Below, in pieces: positions 10,959-24,322 of a stretch of DNA of 64,000 nt. The translations under genes and the position numbers were made by a program. Origin of the DNA: Lingula anatina (taxonomy: Eukaryota > Animalia > Brachiopoda); assembly GCA_051362555.1 (NCBI GenBank), contig CM120647.1:9858001-9922000 (forward strand). Direction: 5' to 3'. A model generated the notes under the pieces. The model worked only from the letters and a program-made list of their open reading frames with translations, was not told where the DNA came from and did not search any database. Position 1 is the first letter of the stretch. Each line of letters starts with the position of its first letter.

Positions 10959-11939
10959 GGATGACTAAGTGTTTTCAATTTGTCTGACGGTTGGCACAGT
11001 TACAGATGGGAAAGTGTGGAAACCAAGGGAAGAAGATGTTAGACAAACTAATTTTAGACAAAATGGTGTCACTGGGGATCTTGACTACTGACAATCTTGG
11101 CAGTTTTTTTTTTTCATAAAATTTTTGTCAACCCTTGCCAAACTTGACTCATCACTTTCTTTTATAACATTCCAAGAGGATGTCTGAATGCTTTTTTTCT
11201 TTGTGGTGCTGTTTACCCTTCTCTTGCTGAATGTAGACTTGCTTACTGGAGGGGCATTAAGTTGGCATTGATGGAAAGAAAGCTAAAAAACACAGGACAC
11301 CATATTGGTATTAACCAACCAGTTCTTGTCAGTTTGATATTATTAAATGTGATTTAATGATATATTAAGAGGTTGTTATGCATGAGATAAATTATTTTTA
11401 TTTGTAAAAATAACTAGATCTTGTTATTACTTATATTTGCTTTAGGTTTTGCAAAATAAGAAGTTAATGCAGAAAAAACAAAGGTGCAAGTTAATTTTTC
11501 ATGCATATTTGGGTTTTGATAGCTTTAGTAAAGTAGACAATTTCACAAAACTTTCAGCAGCTAGAAGAGTCTCGGCAACAAATTTGCAAATGTACCGGTA
11601 CTGAAGCTATGCAAAAAATAGGGTATAAGTGAGGAAGTTAACTGTTTTATGACACGGCTGTGGAGCAAGTAATTAATTTATCATTTTTGTTGACGTTTAG
11701 TTTTGATACCTATGAAAAGGGAGGTGTGCAAATTAAGCAAAAGATAGCATAGCTCATTCTTTGCATTATGTTATAATACTTTATTAGTGAGATTTTTCCA
11801 GTTGTTCAAGTTAAATATTTATCCATAAAGTGAGCCTTTTGTGTGCAGTGTTGCATAGTTTGCTTAGACGCTGTAGCTCCTCATGCACTATCTCATCTAA
11901 TACATTCTCTCACCTACCACATCATCACATCTGCCACAT

Positions 11940-12152
11940 TTGTCACACCTAACACACTGTTAACCTTACACACTGTCTCACCTAACACACTGTTAACCTT
12001 ACACACTGTCACACCTAACACACTGTTAACCTTACACACTGTCACACCTAACACACTGTTAACCTTATACACTGTCACACCTAACACACTGTTAACCTTA
12101 CACACTAGCTCACTTGACACAATGTTAACCTCACACACAGTCTCACCCAACA
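11940..12152. repeat. 33-bp minisatellite (~6 units), probably in the SMPD1 3' UTR
   Basis: Unit CACTGTCACACCTAACACACTGTTAACCTTACA. Confidence 0.9.
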
Positions 12153-12697
12153 CAATGGTGTTTCATTTTGATGAAGTTTTCACTTGTTTATTTGTTTTTG
12201 CAGTTATTGGTATGTCAAATGTTGAAGTTATACATGCTATCTTATCAGTATGAAATGTACAGGAACCTAACATTTGCTCTAGTCATTAACAGATACTTTA
12301 TTCCACCCTGTACATCAGAGTATGGATTAGGTCTTCCCTCAGGGCTACATGCCCTCTGTATGGGAATGACATGGGGACATGTATGCTGATGATAAAGATT
12401 ACAGAGAAGTCTGAGATTCGGGGTATTATGCCAGTTCTATTGACAATGTAACGAAATGATTTACATAAAACCTTTCATTGGTGGAGAGGAGATAGAACGT
12501 GGGGGGAAGGGGGGTTAGACAATTTCCTCATTATGTTTGCCTGTTGAAAGTAAATGGAAGAAAGAAGGAAGGGTTTGGTGTGTGGAGTTCAACTGTTTGA
12601 TTTTTTAGCTCAGTGGAAGATAAAGTTTCGTAATGGTATTGAAGAGTAATTTTTTTCTGCTCAAATTTCTGTTACAAAGTCATGGTACAGTTTTGTT

Positions 12698-12703
12698 AAT
12701 AAA
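12698..12703 (+). terminator. Candidate SMPD1 polyadenylation signal
   Basis: AATAAA followed by T-rich sequence, near the end of the CpG-poor domain. Confidence 0.35.
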
Positions 12704-13856
12704 CAATGTTATGCCACACTTAACTGCATTTATATTATTTAATGTCTGTGAACTTCCTTTTTAGGAATAAGTTCATTATTTATCTCAAACAAATCTATCC
12801 TGTAAAATTACAAAAAGAGTCCAATACAAAACTGTTTTGTGGGGACCTATTTCAAAAAGTCCAAATATTTTAGCTATAGACGAAGGTGTTTAATCGACTA
12901 AAGCCTAGACTGCATTAACTGAACGATAAAATCGTATAATATTGTCTGTGCGATTTTTTCCATCATAAGAGGCTACGGCTAGTGCGTTCACATTACTTGC
13001 GGGTACCGTTCCACTGACCTTGGGGTAACAGATACTAACGCAGGGAAAATTGTTTGTCGGTTGAAAAGTAATCTTACGGAGCCCTTTCAGCCTCGGCGCA
13101 ATTGCCGCACTCATTCCATGCGGCTTCCTTGAAGGTCGTACGTTGTGGGTGCAGCCCTCCAGTACAAAGTCTGAAGCAAACTTAAGTCTGAAGCAAACTT
13201 AAGAATAAACTTTTACTACATTATAACTACGGTACCAAAGAGAAAAAGAGATTCCCATGGGTAAGCATAAAGATATATACGGATAAAACGACATGTCTAC
13301 AAAACGACTTATGAAAGAATTTTAAATGTCAACATATTTTTGCTCTGTCACACCGCCAGAGATACGTATTGTATGAGTAAATTACATGTGTCATCGGTTA
13401 TACGCATAACTTCGAATGTGTTCCGTAAAAGTGTATCAATTCAAAAGTCAAATTTTATAGTTAAATTTAACAACACAAAAGTCTCATTAAACGAAATTTG
13501 ATGTAGTTTTAAGAGGAATTTTTATTTCTAAAAAGGCCTTTTTATTGATCTTTTGTCTCTCTAGTGTACCATGTTGCCCATGCGTCACACGACCAACTTA
13601 ATGAAAACTTGATTGTTCAAACAAATTAGAGAGAGATCTCTTGCGCTTCTCTGAAACTTTTATTTAACTTTTATTCTTTAAACTCTAATATGGCTTTTAA
13701 TATCAAGAGGAATATATAAACGGTCATGGTAACCCCTCCCTCTGCAAATGAAATTGGTTGTGTTATCACCGTTTCTTTTTTAGCAAGAGATCTCAAAAAG
13801 TTATATCATTAACTAATTTCTTTCGTGCTAGCTGACCCTGAACATCAGACAAGCAA

Positions 13857-13891
<35 letters not shown>

Positions 13892-14254
13892 AATAAAATA
13901 AAATAAATCGTGGATCTATAACATGAAAACTGAGCAAATCCTTTCGCAATTCGACTTTTTATTTTGTTATGAAATTATGATGATAAGGATAGTTATAATG
14001 ATAACGGACACTAAAAGTGTAGTAGTTAAGCCTTCCATCACAAGTTGGTAATTTCGGGTACTTAAATGTACCCCGACAGTCTGAGGGTTCTATATAATCC
14101 GCACCGCTCTTGCGGTTTGCAGTTCAACGTTGGGCCGACAGCGATTGCGACCTTGCCAACCACTGCCCAAGAAGTTATAAAGTCTCATTATAACTTCTTG
14201 CACTGCCTAAATGCTCTTAGTAGCCTATCAGTGGCGGATTTAGAGGTGAGGGTC

Positions 14255-14340
<86 letters not shown>

Positions 14341-16333
14341 GAAAGACACCCAATGCTGATTTTTTCAGAATAATTTTCACATACGGGAAACAGGTGTAAC
14401 AGGAATGAAAGTCCTAGGAATGGAAGTCTGGGCTCCCATATGATTAGTACAGGTGTACAGGTTAGGGTTAATTTGGAGTATTGGGGTTAGTAGGCCTATA
14501 TGGACGAATGTCACCTGTACAAAGTAATGGGAAGCGGACTACGGTTCCTAGCCCAGTTAGACATTTTTTGGCCTTGTAGAGTATCATATGTAACATCGAA
14601 CATTTGCACGACTTTGAGCACATGAAAGTATCAACAGCGGGTTTATTGAACATTCGTGAACAGTTTCAGTAACAGCCCCTCACCTAAAATGAGCTATACC
14701 TGTTGTTATTTGCATAACAACAAGTTATTCATCGTAGCGCGAGCTGTCTTCCCGAATGCTCACTTGGCAGTTAGACAGAGTCGGGTGTAGACGCAACAGT
14801 ATGTGTGGGGCAGACAAAAGGTCGAGCTTTTATAAGGCGTGGAAGCAAATGTATGTTTGTGAGTATTACTATTTCTTCATCAACCATAGCCATTAAATAC
14901 TAACGGGGCAGAAAAATGAGAAAAATATTTACGACAAAATTTTATGACAGGAATCCTTTTACTATTTTTCCATTATTACTTGTTTGTCACTCAGAATGGG
15001 AGAATTATTGCTTACGTGCATTGGGACTCCAAATGTTCAGGTTAAACGGCGCATTCATCTGACTTTTGATGATAACTTAAGTTTGTTTGAAATCCCCTGC
15101 ATTTTGTAACCCTCTGTTTGAACATTTTGTGTGCCCTGGCCTTGACAATTATTTTGAATATTTTGACCTAATTTAAAATGTCGTGTGTATTTCAATGTAA
15201 GTATTACCACCCAAATAAATTAATTTGGATGATGCTTGTCACCGTTCTGAGCTTCTGATCCAAGGATTTCGAGTGCTCATTACACATTGATTAACAGATA
15301 CATATTTTACACAGCTGTCGTCCCCATTGTGCCGTGTGCTGTCCATCCATTACACGACTCACTGCATGAAAACTTAATATATAAGTTCAATATATTTGTT
15401 ATAATTTTCGAAAAGAATTTCTAAATGATCTCTTTCTCTGAAATGCGTCAACATGTACTTCAACACGTGCTATAACTTAAAATATCAAGAGTAATATATT
15501 AACGGTCGTAGAAATAACCTCACCCACCCTAAAAATGAAACGGTTTAGTTCAAATTTGTAAACATTTTTTTATCTTTTCAGAAGGTCAACGAGATTCTGC
15601 ACAGCATCCGCCTGAAAGCAGCCTATGAAGTCTAGCCTTTGTTTTACACACAGGAACTCACGCTCCTTCGTACATCTATTATATGAAAACTCAATAAAAA
15701 ATATTTTGTAATTTGGCGTTTTATTTTTTACTTTGTTATGAAGTTTTCATGATAAGGATAGTGGCAATAAATTTAAAAAATGAGTTATTTTTAGTGTTTG
15801 AGGACTTTTAAATTCAATCTGATCTGTAAATAATGTCGATGTTTTTGTGGTCGGCGGTTTTCTGTGGTATCTAAATTTTAAATAGTTCTAAAATAGCCAG
15901 TAATTTCTAAATAACCCCTCCAAGCTGTTTCTGCGCACTGAAATAATATATCTTAAATCGTTTCCAATATATAGTTCCAATTTATATAAATTTACAATCC
16001 TGGTTTTTATAAAATTTCACATGAGAATTTTGTTCTTAAGCATATGGAACTAATTCGTTTGAATATAAGTTTTCCTGCATTTACTTATATCGGGAGGGTC
16101 CCATTTTGGCAGGTTTTGGCTTTTGCCATCGTGAATTGTTTAAATTTGGCGACCTTTTCTCAGTTAAACTACTTAATTTGATATTTGAACGTGATAATGA
16201 AAAGGTGTAATGATTCTAATGTAAGCTTAAATCAAGTTAATTTTTTAATGGATACAGCTGAAATTGGCAAAAAATTTGACTTCTATGGGGTATAATAAAG
16301 CAATTTCTTCAATTCATGTTCTCTGAATCAAAT

Positions 16334-16880
16334 TGCCCCACCTGTCACCCCTTTTATGCAATGGACTCGCCCCACCTGCCACCCCTTTTATGCAATGGAC
16401 TCGCCCCACCTGCCACCCCTCTAATGCAATGGACTCGCCCCACCTGTCACCCCTTTTATGCAATGGACTCGCCCCACCTGTCACCCCTCTAATGCAATGG
16501 ACCCGCCCCACCTGTCACCCCTTTTATGCAATGGACTCGCCCCACCTGCCACCCCTTTTATGCAATGGACTCGCCCCACCTGCCACCCCTTTTATGCAAT
16601 GGACTCGCCCCACCTGTCACCCCTCTAATGCAATGGACTCGCCCCACCTGTCACCCCTCTAATGCAATGGACCCGCCCCACCTGTCACCCCTTTTATGCA
16701 ATGGACTCGCCCCACCTGTCACCCCTCTAATGCAATGGACCCGCCCCACCTGTCACCCCTTTTATGCAATGGACTTGCCCCACCTGTCACCCCTTTTATT
16801 CAATGGACTCGCCTCACCTGTCACCCCTTTAATGCAATGGACTCGCCCCACCTGTCACCCCTCTAATCAATTGGACTCCC
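16334..16880. repeat. 34-bp GC-rich minisatellite (~16 units)
   Basis: Unit TGCAATGGACTCGCCCCACCTG(T/C)CACCCCT(TTT/CTA)A, head-to-tail without spacers. Confidence 0.95.
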
Positions 16881-17747
16881 CAACTTGTCTATCAGATGAC
16901 CGTGGGGTACCTTAATTGCTTCAAAGTCGTTACTGCTAAACCTTTTCACTACTCCTGTGTTAGCTGACCTTGTAAGCAATTCATTTGAATGAATTTTCTA
17001 AAATGAAGTTCAAACAATCCATTAATTCATCGCAAAAGCCAATCAACTATCAGGATTATTTGAAAACACCTTTTTAATAATTTTGATAAATATTATTACA
17101 TAATTGAAGTCTATTTTTAATTTAAAAAAAAAAGCTTTTCAGCGTATGACGCAGGACCTTGTCCAACATTATACGGACAGCGTATGGTGCGACTACTACT
17201 GCTTGCTTTATTGGTAAATATAATCGACACATATCTTTTTATTTTTATAACATTGTAAGAACGTTTTAATACTCGATGGGATGATTTAAGTTGCGCAAAT
17301 TGTTTTTGCTAAAATTAACAAAAATGCATAAATTGTAAATTTCATCAAAATTTATATACGTTAATATACAACTTGCTGACAACTTTTCTCGGATCAATGA
17401 TAATGACAGTGGCAGTGTAGAACGTTAGAATAACTTTCTCTTAACACTTGTTAATGGTCTAACCAATATATAACCCAGTTTTCCAAACATTCTGTGTAAG
17501 CTGGGTATACGTTACCTTCATCATTTTGCATGTGTTAAAACATTTATTAACAAGATACCTAATAGGGGGCCTATCTATGAAATTAAACTTTATTTATTTT
17601 TATTTTTTAAATAAACTCAAATGGCATTAAATAGATTTTTTTATTAATAATGACAAGTAATAAGTTATTGTTTAAAAGTAACTACAAAATTATCAACCTT
17701 AACGGTACACTTCATTGATTTGAAAATCCCCCAAATGCCATCCACAG

Positions 17748-18028
17748 CAGTGGCAGATTTATGGGGGTGTTGGGGGGGGGGGGGGGGTCCTGACTCCCCC
17801 CCCTTCCCCTTTAATTTCTGAAAAAAAATCACACTTGCAATTAGAATTTTGAGTAGCTGAATCATAGTTCTAAACCGTACCAAATGGCACCTTTCGCCCT
17901 CTAAATTACTAAAAAAAAAAAATTCGAGGCCCTTCAGGAGGCCCCGAACCCCATTCCAGGGGGCAAGGTTGGCGTCACATCCGCGGACCCCCCCCCCCCC
18001 CCTTCAATAAATCCTGGATCTGCCCCTG
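17748..18028. mobile_element. MITE with CAG(T/G)GGC(A/G)GAT terminal inverted repeats
   Basis: Starts CAGTGGCAGATTT, ends GGATCTGCCCCTG; related end at 14229 (CAGTGGCGGATTT). Confidence 0.65.
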
Positions 18029-18630
18029 CATATGTATTATAATCAAATTCAGACAGTGTCTCATATCATTTGCCATTGTACCTATTCACAGGGAGAAACA
18101 CCCAAATATAAACTTTTTATCTATATATTAACTTTTACGCAGGAGAACTGTCGCGAAGTAATTGGTACAGTTCACAAATATACAGACTTTTCCAAAAATA
18201 GATTTTAAATTATTAAGAAATTGTCATTTTTGTCTTCAAGTAATATTTTCTAAATGCCTATTGCAGTTTGTTACAGTTGTTTAGTGTGTCATCTTTGATG
18301 GAGAAGATTTTTGCTCTGCTCGCTTATTTAGGGTCATAAAATTGTATATCTTCTCTGAAGTAAATAAATGCTTTCAAAAATGCATATAATTATAGGCCTA
18401 CTATGTGTGTTTCTGAGTGTAAAGGATTGTCGAGCCGATCGTAGTTTTCTGTAAAAACTTACTTAAATAACAGAAAGATTTTTTGGATACGCATCTAATA
18501 TACTTCGTCGCAGTCTTTAGGGTCTTTAGGAAGAACGTAAGTTATTAATTGCTTAAAAAGCAATTCAATGAACGTGCTGTAGGCCGAGTAATAGATCAGC
18601 ATTCGACACAAAAACTTCATTGATACGCAT

Positions 18631-18678
<48 letters not shown>

Positions 18679-18960
18679 AGAGAGAGATTGTTAATTTATT
18701 TTAAAATGGTCTTACTGTCCCAAAATTCACTCGTTTCGGTAGATGAGACGCATCGCATTTCACCAAACGGCTTTTATATTGCATTGCTGGCTAGTGGAGG
18801 AAAAGAACACATCCGTCGATTCACGCTCAACTGCTGCAGCACAAAACTTCATATTGTATGGTGCGTCGTACTGTAGGTTATGCTGTCATCTCGGCTAGTT
18901 TACGACCATTAAAACGATACTCAGATAACAGACGGTGAGGGCATCACCGCCAGATTTTAC

Positions 18961-18996
<36 letters not shown>

Positions 18997-19559
18997 GGCA
19001 TGCGCCGTATTATCTCCTCATTCATCATTTTAGATTAAAAAATGTAACTGAGACGCAAACGTCACGCCTTTCTTTTTTTTCGTGAAATTTAATAGATCTG
19101 TCTTCGATTCGGTGCTTTTTAATCAAAATGAGAAAAATGGGCACGCCACAAAAAATGTCACTGGCTCCTGCGTCTACAAGATCCTTAACCACACAACCAA
19201 TGCAGACATCTTATTATTATTGAACCCTCCTTAAGAAAATTGATTACATCACTTCATGGAAATTATAACAGTAAGAGAGGAAAAAGGAAAGACTGGAGAA
19301 TGCATTTACCAATATTATATTTGTCGTCCAAACATGAAATGTTTCTGTACTGACTATTTTGAGAACATATCTAGATTTTGATCAGTCAAATAAATCTTTT
19401 GGGGCTGATGATTTTTTTCTTCGTGACAGGTTTTACAATGGTTCGCTTTTAGCTGAGATATCCTTTTTTTCTTTCTTTCTTTTTTACACTATTTTACTGT
19501 CTTCAAACCTCCAAAACCATGAAATTCTAGACATAAAATGGAGAAGGAAATGTGCCAAA

Positions 19560-19861
19560 ACTTATGGCTTGATTATAGGGGTCACTTTGACACTTAATGT
19601 TATAGACGTGAGTCATTGCCGTAGACAGCCGAAGTGTCATCGGCTATGTCCGTGCAAGGAAAGTGCCCGGATGATCATTCAAGTTAAACATGGCGCTCAC
19701 CTTAGCAAGACGGTCCTGTCACTGTTTATTTTGTGAACTTATGTAAAATGATCAGGGTTAACAGTCATTGCCGAGGTGTTTAAGCCACTGAGAACAAAGG
19801 GAATATCATTTTCTTCTCCGTGTTCGATTCGGAGACGAATCGAGGGAGGAATAAGCATAAA
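19560..19861 (+). promoter_or_regulatory. Putative KIF13 promoter / 5' UTR
   Basis: CpG-rich segment immediately upstream of the kinesin ATG. Confidence 0.45.
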
Positions 19862-19913
19862 ATGACGGATAAAGTCAAAGTAGCGGTGCGAGTTCGCCCG
19901 TTCAATCGAAGAG
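19862..19913 (+). CDS. KIF13: Kinesin-3 KIF13A/B-like exon 1
   Basis: aaaATG MTDKVKVAVRVRPFNRR, kinesin N-terminal motif; G|gtgggc. Confidence 0.92.
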
Positions 19914-20008
19914 GTGGGCTGAGTCTTCTTCATCGATTTCGCGAAAATTCTGAGGATGGTTTTTTCTCGGTGTAAAACTCATGGCGTGAATTTCTTTTTC
20001 GTTTTCAG

Positions 20009-20096
20009 AGGTGGACATAGGGAAACAATGCGTGGTGGACATGAAAGACTGCCAGACCGTTCTGTATCATCCAAGCGGGACCCACGACAAGGACAG
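20009..20096 (+). CDS. KIF13: KIF13 exon 2
   Basis: tttcag|EVDIGKQCVVDMKDCQTVLYHPSGTHDKD-AG|gtgagt. Confidence 0.9.
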
Positions 20097-21084
20097 GTGA
20101 GTGACTGTGACGTCATACAGGTGCGCTGTGACATTCCATTATACTCATTTCGGGCCCTAGATTAATCTTCATTATGCCAGGCCATTAGGGTAACCGTGCC
20201 CCGAAGGTGCACAATCAACACACTCGATTTTATTCCTAAGTTTGTGTTTGTTTGGTTGTTTTTGTATGTTTTTGTGGTAAGAATGACCTTTAAGAAACTG
20301 GTCTGTATTCACTGATCCCGTCTATGAATAATTATCAAGGGTTATATTTTAAACATGTAATTATTTATGTCATTGGCATACAGGATGCAATTTATTTTTT
20401 CCTCTCAATCGAATGCTCAGACCACTTAATCATTTCTCCCTGTGTGCTTTTTATTTTTTCGATGAAAGGAGAAAAATCACCTGTGCATAATCCTGTACCC
20501 TTAAATGGCTTAATGTTCATGAATGATTTATTGTTGATATCAGTTTGTTGTTATTATTGATGTATCACTTTCACAGACTATAATTTTTTTGTATACACTA
20601 TATGGCTGCCCAATACTGAAAGGGAAACAAGTGCAAAATATTTTCATATTTTTATATACTGCCTATGTAACTTGGCATAAAGAACCACCATTTTTGTGTG
20701 CACTGTTAATATGGGAAAAAAAAGGGGGGGGGGAGCTGGTGGGTCTCCTGCTGAGTGAGTAATTGTGCATGCAGTTATTGGATCAGATAGTGATAATGAT
20801 GGTGATGACTGAAAATGACATAATTATTTAAGTGGGCTGTATGACATTTTGAAATTGATCATGATGTAACGAGTCTGTTTCATAATCTGACCTGTGGATG
20901 TACACTTGCTGCATATTTGTATTATTGAGAACATTCGGTTGAGAGGAAAAAATAAATTGCTGGAATGTACAATATGGTGTGTCTGACAGTGTGCTGAAAC
21001 CTATATAAGTGGAAAACAGAGAAAGGAACCAGACAATCACCATAAAAGAGATTGTCTTTGATATTAACTTGATGTAGAATCTTT

Positions 21085-21121
<37 letters not shown>

Positions 21122-22729
21122 CTCTTGCTCTTGCTCGCTCTTAGTACATGCCTGATGTAACATAATGCTCCAATAAGGAACTCATTATAGAGAAAATTGC
21201 ATTTGCTCTCTCCTTGGAATACAAAGATTCAAAGTCATGAAAAGATAAAACCCTTCCTTGAAAAAGATACTAGGTTCTTCTCGTCCTGAATTCTAGATTA
21301 ATCCCAGAACAGTTTTTTTGTTCTCAGCTGCATGGCTTTATCAAGGATGGAATGGTTTCTCAGAGTTATTGCTCAAAGACTGATAAAGCCTCTGGTAGCA
21401 GGTTGTTCCATTAAAGTGTGTAACAGAGGAGAAATGTGTTGGCAGTGGTTTGTTGGTGAGACCTTACACTGCCCCCCCTGAGTTTATGCCAGGCCAGTGG
21501 CATGCAATTTCAGTAGGGAGGGGGGAGGGGTCTTTTATTTTTCCTTCCTTCTTTAACCCCCCCCCCTCCCCAGATCTTACTTGAGAAGACCATAGAGACT
21601 AGATCAACGTTTGGAACTTTTCTGTTCAAAAGGGTGATTTCTTCAATCCCCCCCCCCCCAAGGCAGTGTATTTGTGTACTTTGGTATTATACATCTGTCT
21701 CTTCAACCCCTCCCCCCCACCCCAGGGAAGGAAAGGGGGGAGAGTGTACCCAGGTATTATACAGCCATGGGCTTTGGGGGTGTACTAGTAAGTTGGTGAA
21801 CCCACAATAAAAAAACTCATCAACTTGTACCACAAGCCCTCTTTTCATGACTGAAATGAGATAGATGATCATTAGCTGTCCATATATAAACTATTTACTA
21901 TTTATTGAGATAGGTCAGGGTATCTATTATCTTTTAAGTATCATCGGGGCTTGATGGTTGACCTCATATATTGACCTTATTTAAGTTAAGATTAGGGGGC
22001 GTACTGTGTGTGTAGACCCACATTTGTGTCAAGGACAGCAAGGTTGTCAGGAGAGTTTGAAGTTAAAGGGTATTTTAACTGGCAATGGCAAAGAAAAAGA
22101 GGGGAAGTTTTGAAAAAAGTGTGACTGTGACTTTTATGTGTCACATTTATGAAAACTTATTAATATATCAGGTCAAAACTGCCATAGATAAGGGGTTAGA
22201 AAGAAACCCACTCTAAAGGCTCACTCTGATTGAAAATTTGAACTTGAATTCCACATTATGTCCATATTTGTGTCCACTTAAATAAAACAAGGGGGTAAAA
22301 GTCCATGTCTTTAGAAAAAGAACCCCCTCCCCCTTAGAGTTGTCCACTGCAGTAAAATAACTCTGAAATGATATTCATGTTTGTAACTTGTGGTAATTGT
22401 GCTATCTGAGCTATTAAATTTATAACATTGTACTAGTAAGTAATAGATCATCTCCAGTGATAAACCTGCATGTGACACACATTATATATACATGACACAT
22501 AAGTACAGTACAAAGCTGGCATGTGGTGGAGATCTTACTAATGCTTTGGTGGATGTCCGAAAAACAAAATATCCAGACATGCTGTTAATACATGCATTTA
22601 TACATGGTGTGTTATATGCATTTATGCATGGTATGTTACATGCATTTATGCATGGCGTGCGTGTATTGGAGATACGCCGCATTTGGGTCTTATGTTCTCG
22701 ATATCCGTTGTGGTATATATTACGCCATC

Positions 22730-22921
22730 TGCATGTAATTTTGGCCATTCAGTTTTTGCATCTGCTTAAATGTGAGGTTTAGAATGTCTGGAAGAGAGGT
22801 CGTAAAATCCAGTCAAATTTAATTTGCATGTAATTTTGGCCATTCAGGTTTTGCATCTAGTCCAATGTGAGGTTTAGAATGTCTGATAGTGAGATCATAA
22901 AATTCAGTCAAATTTAATTTG
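22730..22921. repeat. ~95-bp tandem duplication
   Basis: GCATGTAATTTTGGCCATTCAG...CAGTCAAATTTAATTTG occurs twice (22731, 22826). Confidence 0.85.
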
Positions 22922-24287
22922 AAATTACTGTTTGCTTTGGCCCTGATTTATTGTAGGATAATAACGAAATCATCCTCATCAGTTATTTAATTTTTGGGTT
23001 CAGTACATGGTTTTGTCCAAAAATTATATATTTCTGTCTAATTCCATTGAAGTCCTGTCTGTTACTGTTCTCATCTATGTGGTGTAATAACATCTGATAT
23101 CATCCTCATCAATTTTATTTATTGATTTTTATTCAGTCTTACAGACTCTGCAGTGAGTTCAAAAGTTTACGACTTTATCCTACTGGGAATATTATGATAT
23201 ATATTATGCTTACTGTTAGAGCCAGTTTGCAGCTAATCTTTAAAGGGATAATAACTCTTCGTTTTGGGCAAAAAATGAATTTTCCTGGAGTAAACAACAA
23301 GTTTCCCATACTTACCAATGGTTAATGAATCCATTTTTACATTCAAAGTTAGTCCCTGGTTTTTTTCTAAAAAGTTTGGTTTTTTGTTAAAATCTCTTAA
23401 GAGATTATAACTGAGTACAGCCATCAATGGAGGTCATGTGATCTAAAGACAAGCTCAGATATCAGAATAATAGCTATAACTGCTGTTTTTGTGGTACAAC
23501 AGAATATATTATATTTCTATGAGTTGTTCACAATGTTTTTATTGTGAAATATAGATCTCATACGAAGAGTTATTATCCCTTTAACTGTTTATGAATCAAA
23601 GTGATTAAGTATGCTCAGAGATTTCCTTTTTGCGTTCATAGAAAATGCAAGAAATTCATGCAGCTTTATATTAAGCAAAAAAGAAAGGGTTGCAAGACAG
23701 GTCCGGAAAGGGGGTGGGAGAGGGGTTGGGGGTTTCAATAAGAATGCAATTTTGGAAAGGTGAATGTTTGCTTTGATTTAAGATATTATCTAGATTCTGT
23801 GATGTTTTGGCTGAAAGGTACTCATTTTTTTTTTTTTTTTGGAAAAAACACCTGCTCCACCTCCCCCCCCCCCCCTCTCCCCCTTGTAAATTTCTGGCTA
23901 CAGGCCTGCAAAACATTGATTTTCTCTTTTTTTTATTTGAACTATGTCATAGTGATTGATAGTAACTACAAGCACCTTGGGATAATGCCTAAAAATTATG
24001 CGATTGCCTTTTTTCAGCTAGAATCCCAGAAATGGTTTGTCTAACCTCTAGACTTACTATAATATTATTCTCTCTGTGTTTATACATTTGGCCTAAATCT
24101 TGTTTTATGTAACCAGAAATTAGTTCTGATGCCATTATAACACTCCCAGGCTATGGCTATTAGGACTAGAGCTAGGAAGTTATGACTTCATAAAGCCCAC
24201 ATCATGACATGATGCTAACTGGGGAAGTTATAAAATTATCTCTCTGTGTGTGTTTGTGTATGTGTGTGAGAGAGAGAGAGAGAGAAA

Positions 24288-24322
<35 letters not shown>

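Noticed and set aside
11843-12253. 136-aa repetitive ORF
   Set aside because: The 33-bp minisatellite period keeps the frame open; GTG start; probably 3' UTR.
16314-16915. CRISPR-like array or repetitive protein ORFs
   Set aside because: Units are contiguous with no unique spacers and no cas genes; the ORFs are translations of the minisatellite.
18633-18687. Long poly(A) as a retrocopy tail
   Set aside because: No recognisable SINE/LINE body or TSD; it grades into a (GA)n microsatellite.
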